A stretch of 64,000 bases of DNA from Octopus sinensis (lineage: Eukaryota): positions 86,614,001 to 86,678,000 of the forward strand of contig NC_043005.1 of the NCBI RefSeq assembly GCF_006345805.1, in the 5' to 3' direction. The position numbers and the translations under genes were made by a program. Positions within the stretch are counted from its first letter, which is position 1. Each line of letters opens with the position of its first letter. The notes under the pieces are model-generated. The model saw only the letters and a program-made list of their open reading frames with translations. It was not told the DNA's origin and searched no databases. Positions 12,641-27,339 of this stretch are shown here, one piece after another.

Positions 12641-13654
12641 TAGTAATATGTAAACATGATGAGATTTATTACTACTACAGGCACAAAATATGAAATTGTA
12701 TTGGGGGGAGAGGTGAAAACTGATTATATCAACTCAAGTGCTTGACTGGTAGTTATGTTATTGGCCCCGAATAGATGAAAGACAAATTCGATCTCGAAAG
12801 CATTTGCTCACAAGATGTAAACAGCAGGAAGAAACGCCATTAAGTATTTCGTCCGACAATTCAAAAGCATGTACACCGTAATGATATAATATTTGATTCG
12901 AGCGGACGAGGATATTGAACTCTGGGGTTTATGGTTAAGAAGCGAACGCCTTAACCATTCAGCCATTTTGTGCCTACACTAAGTGAATAAATCTTTCTGA
13001 AACAGACACAAAAAAAAGATGAAATACGAGTAGCTCTAATAAACTTAGTGATAATGTTTGCAGGTGCGCTGGAAAAATGGACAAAACAAAATAAAATAAA
13101 TACAACAATAGCAACAATATTAACTACACATAAAAATATATAATACAAAAGACAATAATGAAACGATTAATTGGTTAGCAGCTTTAATTATGTTTATCAA
13201 AACAGCTTTAGAGATTGTTTTGTTTTATCTGAAATCTTTGTTGGAGCAGATAAGTAGATAAAAGCTTTCGTAATTATTCTTTTGAAAAAAAAACCGTTAG
13301 CGCTGAATAAGATATTAAGGTCTTTTGATAAAGTGTTCGTAAGGCAAAAAGAGTGATTCATATCGCAGAATTATATTATAATAAATATCCGTGTATGTGT
13401 ATTTGTGTTTAAGCGTTTATGTCTTAGTGGGTGGAACGGTGGTGTGTGGATGTGTGAGGGTGGACTGAGTTTCGTGCATGCAAACATTCTCTCCGCTCTA
13501 TATGGATATTCCTCGTCTTTGATAACATGTAATTTGATGCACACGCGTTCTTATACAAGCATACATTTGTAGAAATAAACACATACATACATGTACACAA
13601 ACTAACATATGCACGCAAAAGAATTTTACACAAAACATACGTGCACACTGACAG

Positions 13655-13702
13655 AAAGATAGACAGATAGATAGACAGACAGACAGACAGATAGCTAGTT
13701 AG

Positions 13703-13771
<69 letters not shown>

Positions 13772-13826
13772 TATAGATAGATAGATAGATAGATAGATAA
13801 ATAGATAGATTGATAGATAGATAGAG

Positions 13827-13869
<43 letters not shown>

Positions 13870-13874
13870 CAGAT

Positions 13875-13921
<47 letters not shown>

Positions 13922-13922
13922 T

Positions 13923-13968
<46 letters not shown>

Positions 13969-14038
13969 TGATTGATAGGGAGAGATAGATAGAGATATTG
14001 ATAGATAGATTGATAGATAGATAGATAGATAGATAGAA
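13655..14038. repeat. (GATA)n tetranucleotide array with an internal TA run
   Basis: Direct reading; explains the LSIY-repeat ORF. Similar arrays lie at 31975-32068 and 55915-56090. Confidence 0.95.
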
Positions 14039-14251
14039 AGAAAATTGCCGGCATATATATTATATTGTAAGAATAAAATTCCCTTTTAGTGTGAGAGTGT
14101 GTGTAGTATTGTTGGGTTTTATGTATTTGGGTATTTATATAGGTGCGTGTATGTGTGTGTTTGCTTCAATACATTTGTTTTGTATTAATATATACAGGTA
14201 CATATATCTTTATGCATATGTGTGTGTGTGCGTATGTGTATGTGCGTGTGT

Positions 14252-14329
<78 letters not shown>

Positions 14330-15075
14330 TGCATACATAACAATATCATGTGTGTGTGTGTGTATGTGCGTGTGTGTAGGTGAATATATGATTATGTATA
14401 AAATCACTCACTCTTGATTCTGTTTATTTTTTTTGTTGTTAGAAATTCAGTGAATATTCTACGAAATCTGTAATTTATATTATCTCTAAACCTTAACCCT
14501 TAAAAGCACACGGCATTTACTTTAACGTTGATTTATTCAGGTATAGTTTGTAATATGCGCCTTTGATGTCAGTCTTGAAACAAGTAGCGAAAACCCAGTA
14601 TAATAGAGCTTTACTGCTTTCTAAACTATTAACAACGAACATTGTAAAGTTCTGTTCTCTCCTACGCTCACCAAAGTTAAGTTACTTGTTATGGATTCCA
14701 TATAAGTTGGCACTAGAATATGCAACATTCTGAAATAAAATATGAAAGAGATTTATGTTGGTAAATATAAAGTTGAGAATGGTTCTTCTATCGATGAATT
14801 CTATAGATTTCTATGTCAGTAACGAAATTTTTAGCGACTAATTATTCCAGCCTGATGTATAATAAGTGTTTTCCTTATTTTTAAACGGCTCTACCATATT
14901 CCTGAGGTCTAATAATTCTTTTGATTACACTTCAGTGGAAACCTTCCAATATGGGTGTAGGATATTGGCAGGTGTGCGTAGTGTCACCTGTGGGGTTTTT
15001 GTCATAATTTTAGGAACTCAGTTGGCATTGCAGTCATTGTGAAAGTAGTATCGCAATTAGTAATGAATCGGCAGG

Positions 15076-15650
15076 CTGTTATTTGCAGACAACATGGTGC
15101 TACTTAATTCATCAGCTGGTGATCTCTAACATGCATTGAACGGGTTCGCTACTGAGTGGTGTAAGGCGGGGCTGGGAATTGCTGTTTCGATGACTGAGAC
15201 ATTGGCCATCTCAATAATATCTTCCCAGTGCATTCTGCATTTTAGCGGAACATCATTGAAACAAGTGGAGAAATTTAAGTATTTTGGGTGGCACTCACGA
15301 GTGATAGGGAGTAAGTGGCTGAATTCCATGCTAGAATTTCAGGTGATTGACACCTCATAAGAGGTGAGCGTGGCATAAATGACAAAATTGCTTTCTTCGG
15401 CTTTCCTTATCGTCATCTGCTGATAATGAACATTTTTTGTAATGAGAAGATACAATCACGAAGACAAGGAGATGAAATGGCGCTCTCGCGAAGGATTTCT
15501 AGAGTAACGTTATTCAAGAGATTGCGTAGTTAGGAGATGAGAGATCGGGATGTCACTCCAAGATGAGTATTTCTTTGCATTAAATGGGCACAATTGCAGA
15601 ACTAGGAACATGTGTTTAGAATGTCGCTGGAAAGAAGTGCTAAATAAATT
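15076..15650 (+). mobile_element. RTE-clade LINE reverse transcriptase remnant
   Basis: LLFADNMVLLNSSAGDL*HALNGFATEWCKAGLGI...LKQVEKFKYFG, followed by RISRVTLF..LRS. Contains a decayed FADD catalytic motif and downstream motifs typical of RTE/Expander elements. Confidence 0.75.
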
Positions 15651-16294
15651 CTTCAAACTAAGCCAACTAGTAAAAGACCAATGGGTAGACCAAGGACGAA
15701 ATGGTTGCATAATAATCGTAGTCACAGCAGGTCACATTGGAAATCCAGCAAGGGAATCTAATGATGGTTACTTGTTATAAGATCCCGCCGAAGTGATGCT
15801 CGAAGACTCGACGCCAGATATAGTGGACGGATGGATGGATGGATGGATGAGGGTGGATGGATGGATGAGGGTGGATGGATAGATTGACGATGGGAGCTTA
15901 AGACTGAAGCAAGAGGGAATTCTAATGTTTGATGCGTGATCATCGAGATACGTACAATCCTGTTTAGGAACAGAAATCAATCTTAGACCTGTGTATGTGT
16001 GTGTATGTGATTATGTGTATATGTGTATAGGCACATGTGTGTGTCTATATATTTCTGTGTCCCATCATCTGGCTTCTGTCCTATGTATATTCACATGCTA
16101 TAAAGAATAATTTGTTAATAATGATAAACAAGTGTGAAGGGCAGCATGGAAAAAACACAATACTATATCTGGTACTGCTTCATACATATAAAAATATCAC
16201 TCCACATATTTGAGACTAATTCTAAAAATATTTAGAACGTTCGTACTGATTATCCCAAAATTTTAACTTTTATACACAAACACACACAGACACA

Positions 16295-16325
<31 letters not shown>

Positions 16326-17235
16326 TCACACACACACTCACACACGCATACACACGCACACATATGATGATAGCCTCATCTTTGCAGATGGTAGCTGTCT
16401 CACGTTCAGCCTTACCATTCTGATTTACTTTCATCGTTACTTTTGTGCAGATATGACTTTTCACCTTGCATCCATTGCAATAGGACTTTTTAAGATACAA
16501 AACAGATCAGGAAATGAAGTTCTAGAGAGACGTTCGAACGCCATTGGAATTAAATGGTCAACAACGTGTAAAAAAATTATTCTGACACACTCAGTCCACA
16601 CAATTGGTTCCAGTGAAAAGCATCGCTAGATTACTGGCACTATTTTGACAGAGTATTTTTCTCCACAGATATTTGATTTCCTCATGGCTTTCAAAAGCGA
16701 CAGGAGCATTTTCTACTCCTGGGAAATCTAGTGAATCCTAAGATGAGATCTTGACAGGCACTGCCGTGCCGATCCACAAAGGATCTGGGAATAATGTTAT
16801 TTAAGAGATGACTCCACACTCACTGCAACTCCAGACCTCCCGAACTGGAGTCGCACCACCGCATACAAGTTAATGTCACGTCAAAGACATACATGCATAT
16901 AATAATAAATATGTATGTGCGTGTGTATCTATATATAAGTATGCATGCGTATGTCTTTGCAAATGTCAAAATATGCGAGTATGTAGGAACACGTTCTCTC
17001 TCACTGACTCTCTGTTTGTCTATCTGTATCTCTGTATACATCCATACACACACGTAAATATATATATGTATAAATATATATATATATATTTATATATATA
17101 ATATGTATATATATATACATATATATATATAAATATATTTATATATATATGTATATATATATACATATTATATATGTATATATATGTACATATATATATA
17201 TATAAATATATAATATGTATATATATGTATACACA

Positions 17236-17272
<37 letters not shown>

Positions 17273-17322
17273 GTTCATATATATATATAATATATATATA
17301 TATCCACATACATATACGTATA

Positions 17323-17353
<31 letters not shown>

Positions 17354-17354
17354 G

Positions 17355-17418
<64 letters not shown>

Positions 17419-17633
17419 ATATATATATGACTAGGTGCTTTGTATGAAATTATTGACAACTTTGTTTTTTTATGACGCAGGTAACCTCATCCGCATTACG
17501 ACTTTATTCCTAGAATTGGTGTTGTTCGGAGAATTCCCATTCGGATATAATTTTCGTTAACTACAAAAGGATTTTCTTTAGTCGTAAATGATACGTGAGC
17601 CATTGCGTGGGGTTTTGTGCACGAACATCTCGG

Positions 17634-17770
17634 TTGCATGACAGTTTCACGTGGGCAATGATTGCAGAGGTTGGGCGAAAGCTGAAAAGATGCAAAGCAA
17701 GGCTAATCTGGTGGATGTGCAATGTTAGGGAGCATAAACGGTAATACACGGATTAAGAGAATATTTGCTT
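17634..17770 (+). mobile_element. RTE-like LINE C-terminal remnant
   Basis: LHDSFTWAMIAEVGRKLKRCKARLIWWMCNV resembles the RTE motif LHGSETW....RRLE..E..M.RWMC.V. Confidence 0.5.
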
Positions 17771-18430
17771 ATATGAGAAATGAAAGCACACAGGGGCCAC
17801 ATTTACACCCGTATACAGTGACATATTCGACCTACGCATGCTCGAACCAAAGATCACAGGCGCATGCACACACACACAAAATCACGTGTTCATAAGGATA
17901 TGCGAATGAATCAGAAAGATACACACACACACACACACTCACATACACATAACACTACATATCGCATATGGACGCATGAAATACATACATGCGCACACAG
18001 AACCACATACATTTCATACCAATGCAACGAAATGCTCAAACTGAAGCACTTCGTGCACAGTAAATAATACGCAAACAAACCCATATATACACACTCGTGT
18101 ATGGACATATAAGCACATAGGAACCAAATACAGATTCACAATCACAGAGACACAGAAATCGCCAGATACACACGCAAAACTAGATTGGATCATCGCATTA
18201 ACCATACAGTTCTGTATATGCAAACCAAAGACGAACGCATACACACATACACAAAGAAATTTTGGCTTTATACATCTATATACGCGTGTAAACATAAGAT
18301 TCTCAATATACACACCAACGCTAAATGAAACACAAACACGCTGTGACAGAATACCAACACACTCACACTCACACACACACACACAACACACACACACACA
18401 CACCACACACACACATACATACATACATAT

Positions 18431-18706
18431 ATAATCTGTGACAATTAGTTGGTTATCATAATAAAACTCAGAGATGGGGATACCGGGGCTGAAAACTGCT
18501 CCGGCATCTCATCAGTTATTAAGACAAAGCTCTATTTATATGAAATCATATATCATTAGAATAAGAAATATTTTATAGAAAAACGGAAAACTAGCTCCAC
18601 TTTAGAATTTTGTCTTAATAAATGATGAGACACTTGAGCAGATTTCAGCTCCGGGATCAGAAACTCTCAGTTTTATTATGACAACCAACTAATTGTCACA
18701 TATTAT
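18431..18706. mobile_element. MITE-like element with long imperfect TIRs
   Basis: TGTGACAATTAGTTGGTTATCATAATAAAACT (from 18437) pairs with AGTTTTATTATGACAACCAACTAATTGTCACA (to 18700). Inner blocks GCTGAAAACTGCTC/GAGCAGATTTCAGC and TCTCATCAGTTATTAAGACAAA/TTTGTCTTAATAAATGATGAGA also pair. Confidence 0.75.
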
Positions 18707-18879
18707 ATTTATAGATAAATTCCTCTATTTTCCATATCGAGGTCACATTCATTCTTTTGTTGTCATACCATTACTATTAATATATTTATATCTATATATA
18801 TGTGTGTGCGTGTGTGTGTGTGGACGAGTGAGTGGACAAACAAAAGAAGGTACACAACAAATATATTGGGATTAACATG

Positions 18880-18995
18880 TATAGATCAAAACAGTTCAAA
18901 TTCGTTGGTACTCTTGAGTTTCAAGCGTGACGACCAGCTTCACGCTCGGAACACAAGAGTACCAACGAATTTGAATCAAACTGTTTTGATCTATA
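18880..18995. repeat. 116-nt foldback hairpin (miniature MITE-like)
   Basis: TATAGATCAAAACAGTTCAAATTCGTTGGTACTCTTG pairs with CAAGAGTACCAACGAATTTGAA(TCAA)ACTGTTTTGATCTATA. The inner AGCGTGA/TCACGCT also pairs. Confidence 0.75.
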
Positions 18996-19014
18996 TGTAG
19001 ATTCCTCTGCAAAG

Positions 19015-20360
<1,346 letters not shown>

Positions 20361-20372
20361 GGTTTTCTATAT

Positions 20373-20410
<38 letters not shown>

Positions 20411-20426
20411 CCTACATATATATACC

Positions 20427-20494
<68 letters not shown>

Positions 20495-20502
20495 CATATA
20501 CC

Positions 20503-20618
<116 letters not shown>

Positions 20619-20644
20619 AGGTTTGGAGATGATGTACAGGGTAT

Positions 20645-23343
20645 TATATATTAGAAGAAATGAGGTAATCAGAAGATTGGATGGTTTGTATTTACAGATA
20701 GTTATTTATTTATATATTACATTTTTTACATATATATCATATCACTTAGTTCATTAGCGCTTTCTCCCATTCTAGTGGGGTTTTCAAATGAAAATAAGTT
20801 CCTTTGCTGGCGATTTTAATCATTTTATAATTTCTGGTTGTGGTGGGGAGGAATGTAAGACAGTACAAGACGGTGATGCGGATGAGGAGAAAGTAAGAGG
20901 GAGAACATGTGTGTATGTGTATGTGCGCGTGCGTGTGTGTTTGTATCTGAGGTGATGCTAAAGAGAAAGAGGGGAAGGGAGAGGGAAGAAGAAGGAAAGA
21001 AGTTTTTTGGTCTGCTGGACAGGATATTGACTTCAAGGGGTTTCAGTTTTGACCATTCACAGTGTCATTGAGTGTGTGATGGTAGGGAGGTAAGCCATAA
21101 ATTATATTTCCTTTTAACATTGTTGGGATGGTCAGATGTCTTTTTGGGTTTTTAAGAATTCCTGTCACTTTGTATGATCGTTTTGTGGAGGTGTGTGTGT
21201 CTGTGTCTGTGTGTTTGTGCTTGTGTGTGTGAGTGTGTGTGTGTGTGTGTGCGTGTGTGCATGTGCGCGTGTCTGTGTGTTTGGAGAAGGGGAGAGAGAC
21301 AAAAAAAAGGAAAAAGAAAAAGAAAAATATGGGAGGAAGGGGGAAAAAAGTTGTGTTGGTATTTATACCACTATATACATATATACACGCTTATACGTGA
21401 AATATTTGAAAAAAACTTTTATCGGTTCAAAATGAACAACTAAATTACACCATCTTGAAAATTGTATATTATAGGGAAGTTAAAATTAAAGTGACAGTTA
21501 AAAAGTACTGATGAAGTAAATTATAAAAATAATATAATGTACATAACAGGCAATATATATATATACCCACACACATATATATATATACATATACAGACGT
21601 ATTCTAAATGTTTTACTACATTAGATAGTAAATCGAAAGATTTGTTCTTCAACGTCACTATATATATATAGATGCTTACACATGAAATATTAGAAAAAAA
21701 ACCTTCTATCGATTCAAAATGAACAATCAAATTACACCATCTTGAAAATCGCGTATAGGGAGGTTAGAATTAGAATGATAATTGGCAAGTAAAGATCAAG
21801 TAAATTACAAAAATAATATAATGTATGTAATAGGTAATATATATATATATACACACACATACACATATATACATATACATATATATATATATACACACAC
21901 ATATTAAATGTTCTACTATATTATAATGTAAATCGAAAGATTTGTCCTTCAATGTATGATGAGTAAAGTTTCAGCCATTTAATTTGGGGGAGAACTTAGC
22001 TTTGAAATGTTTTTCCATATTCCTCCCGAAAGAAGTGTCGTTCTTCGGACATTTGTAGAAGGGAAAGATCTTAAATTTTCCTTCTCCACACGTAGCTAGA
22101 TGTGTACTTAGTGGTATTTTGCGTAGTTCTTCCTGCCGAATATGTTGTCGGTGAATCCTGGCTCGTTGCCACAAAGAATTACCAGTTTCACCTACGTAAT
22201 TCTCCTTGCACGTGGGGCAGGTTATGCAGTATATAACGTTCTGCGTCTTGCAGTTCATATCTGCATTTACTTTGAATATGTCACCACTTTTTGAATCTTA
22301 TCTCTCTGTTTCCCTCTATGTATTTGTAGGTGGGGTTGCTGCAGATCCCACATCTACCATCTCCGCACTCTTTTGCAAAGAATTCCGTTTTAGTTTCTGA
22401 AGAGAAATTCGCTCTTGTTAGGTGTTTCTTTAGGTTTTTGTCCTGTCGTCTACTGTTTTTTATGCTATATTTGTTTAATATGTTCTTCATTTTGGGGCTT
22501 TGAAAGGCTATTGGTAGGTTTGCATGTATGGTTTGGAAGATGTTGGTAACTCCAGGGTTGTGCGTGTTTATAAAAGGGATAATGTTTTCTTTGTTTTTTG
22601 TCTTGGGTGTCCTGGGCTGTGCGATGTCTAGTTTTAATGCTCTTGTGATTCCATTTTCTATTAGTTTAAGGGGGTATTTTTGCTCTAGGAGGAAGTTTTT
22701 GAGTTCATCTAGTCTTATTAGTCGTATTTGTGAATCAGTTACTATGCTACATATTCGTCTTGCCATACTATATGGAATGTTTCTTTTTGTAATTTACTTG
22801 ATCTTTACTTGCCAATTGTCATTCTAATTCTAACCTCCCTATATGCGATTTTCAAGATGGTGTAATTTGATTGTTCATTTTGAATCGATAGAAGGATTTT
22901 TTTCTAATATTTCATGTGTAAGCATCTATATATATATAGTAACATTGAAGAACACATCTTTCGATTTACTATCTAATATAGTAGAACATTTAGAATACGT
23001 CTGTATATGTATATATATGTGTGTGTGTGTATATATATATATATATTGCCTGTTATGTACATTATATTATTTTTATAATTTACTTCATCTGTACTTTTTA
23101 ACTGTCACTTTAATTTTAACTTCCCTATAATATACAATTTTCAAGATGGTGTAATTTAGTTGTTCATTTTGAACCGATAAAAAGTTTTTTTTCAAATATT
23201 TCACGTATAAGCGTGTATATATGTATATAGTGGTATAAATACCAACACAACTTTTTTCCCCCTTCCTCCCTTATTTTTCTTTTTCTTTTTCCTTTTTTTT
23301 GTCTCTCTCCCCTTCTCCAAACACACAACACGCGCACATGCAC

Positions 23344-23390
<47 letters not shown>

Positions 23391-23966
23391 AACACACAGA
23401 CACAGACACACACACCTCCACAAAACGATCATACAAAGTGACAGGAATTCTTAAAAACCCAAAAAGACATCTGACCATCCCAACAATGTTAAAAGGAAAT
23501 ATAATTTATGGCTTACCTCCCTACCATCACACACTCAATGACACTGTGAATGGTCAAAACTGAAACCCCTTGAAGTCAATATCCTGTCCAGCAGACCAAA
23601 AACTTCTTTCCTTCTTCTTCCCTCTCCCTTCCCCTCTTTCTCTTTAGCATCACCTCAGATACAAACACACACACATACGCACACGCACACACACATACAC
23701 ACATGTTCTCCCTCTTACTTTCTCCTCATCCGCATCACCCTCTTGTACTGTCTTACATTCCTCCCCACCACAACCAGAAATTATAAAATGATTAAAATCG
23801 CCAGCAAAGGAACTTATTTTCATTTGAAAACCCCACGAGAATGGGAGAAAGCGCTAATGAACTAAGTGATATGATATATATGTAAAAAATGTAATATATA
23901 AATAAATAACTATCTGTAAATACAAACCATCCGATCTTCTGATTACCTCATTTCTTCTAATATATA
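20645..23966 (-). mobile_element. Penelope-like fragment bracketed by ~1.17-kb inverted repeats
   Basis: Arms 20645-21813 and 22784-23966 are reverse complements. The core at 21971-22790 (-) encodes TKRNIPYSMARRICSIV...CGDGRCGIC...NCKTQNVIYCITCPTCKENYVGETGNSLWQRARIHRQH...FSPKLNG* (RT thumb plus GIY-YIG). Confidence 0.85.
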
Positions 23967-23984
23967 TATATATATATATATATA

Positions 23985-25005
23985 ATTTACATAAACGACC
24001 TTTCCAGTGTCGTGCATTACTGCAAAGTGAAAATATTTGCTGATGACACTAAGCTCCAGCAAATCGTCATTGAAGAAGCAGACCGAACTCAACTCTAGTC
24101 TGATCTATATGCTGTGAGTCAATGGGCAGACAGAAACAAAATGCAACTGAACGAGGGAAAATTTGAGCTGATGCATTTTGGAAGAAATTCCTCACTAAAA
24201 CAGCCATACTCTCTTCCTTCACAGCCTCTAACAATATCAGAGATCTGGGTGTAATTGTTGATGACGATCTCAGTTGGAGTGCACACATCAACAAGAAGAT
24301 CAATATAGCTCGTAGGATGAGTTCCTGGATCTTAAGGACATTTCCGGTCCAGAGAACAAGGTGTCGTCAAACCACTTTTCTCCTACTTTGTACGGCCACA
24401 CCTCGAATACTGCTGCCCACTGTCGTCTCCCATACAAGACAAAATATCTCGAAAATTGAATCACCGCAGAGGGCACTCACTAAACGAATTGAAGGCATGG
24501 CTGCTCTCGATTATTGGGACCGCTTTAAAGCCTTGAAACTCTACTCTCTCCAGCGTCGCCGTGAGCGGTACATCATTTGTACGATGTGGAGAATATACCG
24601 CCAACTTTGCCCAAACGACCTGAACATTAGCTTCGAGGTTCATCCAAGACTGGGACCACGGGCCATACGTCCCCTGCCCAATTCAAGATCACAGCATACA
24701 TGTGCACTGCAACATAATTTCTTTTCCTCAACAGGCCCTGCCCTATTTAACATTGTCCCGAAAGAGATCAAAGAGGAAAAGGATCCCATCAACTTTAAAC
24801 GGAGTCTGGATAGATTCCTTCAAGGAATACCAGATAAGCCACCCATAATTGGATACAACTGACGCAACAAAAACTCACTACTTGAATGGACCATAAACAA
24901 AACTTGACTTAAACAGGATTTAGATAATCCTATCAGGTGGTGCTATTAAGTTAGACATGGCCTGGACCAGTCCTTGGTCGAAACATATCTAAGTTTTATC
25001 AAAGT
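23985..25005 (+). mobile_element. CR1-group LINE, 5'-truncated RT C-terminus and 3' UTR
   Basis: IYINDL...KIFADDTKL (FADD at 24036-24047), QLNEGKFELMHFG, RDLGVIVDDDLSWSAHI, LEYCCP and LKLYSLQRRRERY, with frameshifts. Confidence 0.85.
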
Positions 25006-25297
25006 TTTTATGTATGTATATGTATATATACATATATATTTATATACATACATATATATATATCATTAAGATTCAGTTGAATTAGGTTCTTAAAGATGAG
25101 GTGGTTTATTACTTATTTGCTCTCTCTGTATGTTTGTTTATGTGTATGTAGATAGATAGAAAGATACATACATACAAAAATACATACGAATAACATGTTC
25201 AGTTATTGTTGCTCACAGTTATCTCCCCTGTTGCTCACGTAGGAATAAAACCCTTTCGTTCCCATTCACCTTCATTCGTTCAAATTTCTCCCTTCCT

Positions 25298-25390
25298 CAA
25301 CATGGCGTGACGTAGACAAAACTTAAAATATATCTGTCCTTACGGAAATTCATCTTCCAGACTTTCGCAAGATGGCTTGGCACAGGCAAG
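25298..25390 (+). promoter_or_regulatory. Possible promoter-like motif cluster (YY1-like and CRE-like)
   Basis: CAACATGGCG (25298-25307) directly followed by TGACGT, and CAAGATGGC (25368-25376), in non-repetitive sequence. Motif resemblance only. Confidence 0.2.
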
Positions 25391-26137
25391 AATTTAAAAC
25401 ACATCTCGTCTTAGCAATCATGATTTACTTATAATTTTTGCTTCTTTGTGTATTTTGCTTTGTCTTATATTTTTTGAAAACCTTCTGCACAAAACATTAA
25501 AGATACGCTTAATACTTTCTCTCTCACGATGGTTCAACAATGAAAATTACACGCCATTTTTATCTATAGAATTACATTATTATTTTTGCGATCACATATT
25601 CAATCACACACAAACACACATACACACACATAAACACAAACACACACAAACATGCTAGCACACACACAACTACACAAAGACATAAATATACCATCTATTG
25701 TAACCTTTCTGAGTATCTTTAGCATCCATAAAAATCGAGAAACAACGTTTGCTTGTAAAAAACGGATTTTACGGAATTTTACTTAGCTGAAATTTATGGG
25801 ATCATCTCGTTTTATCCCGGAATTATTTCCTATCCAAGAACTGTAAATATCTTTTAACAAAAAACAACGAAGCGTCTAGTGATGTGTTTTTCCATGTGCA
25901 AGGATGGTTTGCATGTTATATAACGTAGAGCATAAGTTTTAATTAATTGTATATAATAAACTGTTTCTTTCGTTGCTTTAAAACAACATGATGGAAAATC
26001 GCTAGGCGTTTAATTCTGCATTTGCATATTGCACTTAAGGGTCTCTAAAGCAAAATGTTCTAAAGTGGAGCTAGGTTTCTGTTTTTTTCTATAAAATATT
26101 TATTATTCTAATGATATATGATTTTATACAAACATAT

Positions 26138-26183
<46 letters not shown>

Positions 26184-26260
26184 GTAAACACCAGTCGTCT
26201 TTTTTCTCTTTCCCTGTTGCCCGCTCTGGGATCTTTCTTTCCTCTCTCTTCCTTCTTTAT

Positions 26261-26295
26261 GTTTCCGACGAAGAGCTCCGCTCGAAACGTCATAC
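26261..26295 (+). ncRNA. Hammerhead-like motif with variant core
   Basis: GTTT-CCGACGA-A-GAGC-TCC-GCTC-GAAA-CG-TC-ATAC. Perfect 4-bp stem II, palindromic ACGT stem III and a GUC site. U4 is replaced by C, and stem I has one mismatch. Confidence 0.4.
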
Positions 26296-27240
26296 CTCCC
26301 TGCTTCCTTTTCCTGAGCGCCTATTAATAATAATACTGTAATTGTTCCATTGTTGTTGTTTTTTTGTTTCCCGTTTGGATTAAAATTATATATATATATA
26401 TATATATAAACATACAAGCGTTTATATATGTATATATATATATATATATACATACATAGATGTAACTATTTATATATGTATTGCCATGCATATATCATTT
26501 ATACATATATTTATATATATATATATAGATATATATATATATACATATAAACACATATATTATTATATGTAATTGTATATATATATATGTGTGCGTGTGT
26601 GTGTGTGTATGTGTGTGAATATGTATGCATTTAGTTGTAAGTGTGTATGGATGCGTATGTGTAACGTTTGCTGAGGTATTTCTATAAAACCCTGCTTTGA
26701 AGTTATGCATTCTAGCAAATAGTTATAACAAGTGATGCATTTCAGGTAGTTAGAATAACATGCCATTTTAGGGGTTCTCAAACTGTAATTATCTTATTCC
26801 ATCCAGAGAAAATTTTGCGGAGTTAATGGAGGGTTAAAGTATAATTTCATGCTTACACAGAAAGTATAATGCAGATCCAACAATTTTGCTTGCATTTTTA
26901 GAAATGTTTGTATGTACTCAAAAACTGTGGCTCTCTATCTTTTACGACGACAAGGTTTTCAGTTGAAATGATGAAAGGAACACCATGCTGGTGAAATTAA
27001 TGTGCATGTGGATGGGCACTCGATGACACGTATATTTGTAACGCAGTTCTGATTCAGGGTGACACAGAATGTGACAAGGCTAGCTCTTTGAATTGCTGGT
27101 ACTACACACATTTACCAGCTGAGTGGACTTGGGCAGCGTACTATGAACTGTTTTGCTCAACGACACTACGCCCTTCCGGGGGTTGAACTCACGACTTTAC
27201 GATCGTGAGCCGAATAACTTACATAGTAAGCCATGCGCCA

Positions 27241-27283
<43 letters not shown>

Positions 27284-27339
27284 CACACACACCACACACA
27301 CACACACACACTCAGACACACATAACACACACATACATT

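Noticed and set aside
24036-24050. CTGATGA at 24040
   Set aside because: It is the coding sequence of the RT motif FADD.
24955-24990. GACCA/TGGTC stem followed by GAAAC
   Set aside because: No CUGANGA core upstream; more likely a 3' UTR stem-loop of the CR1-group LINE.
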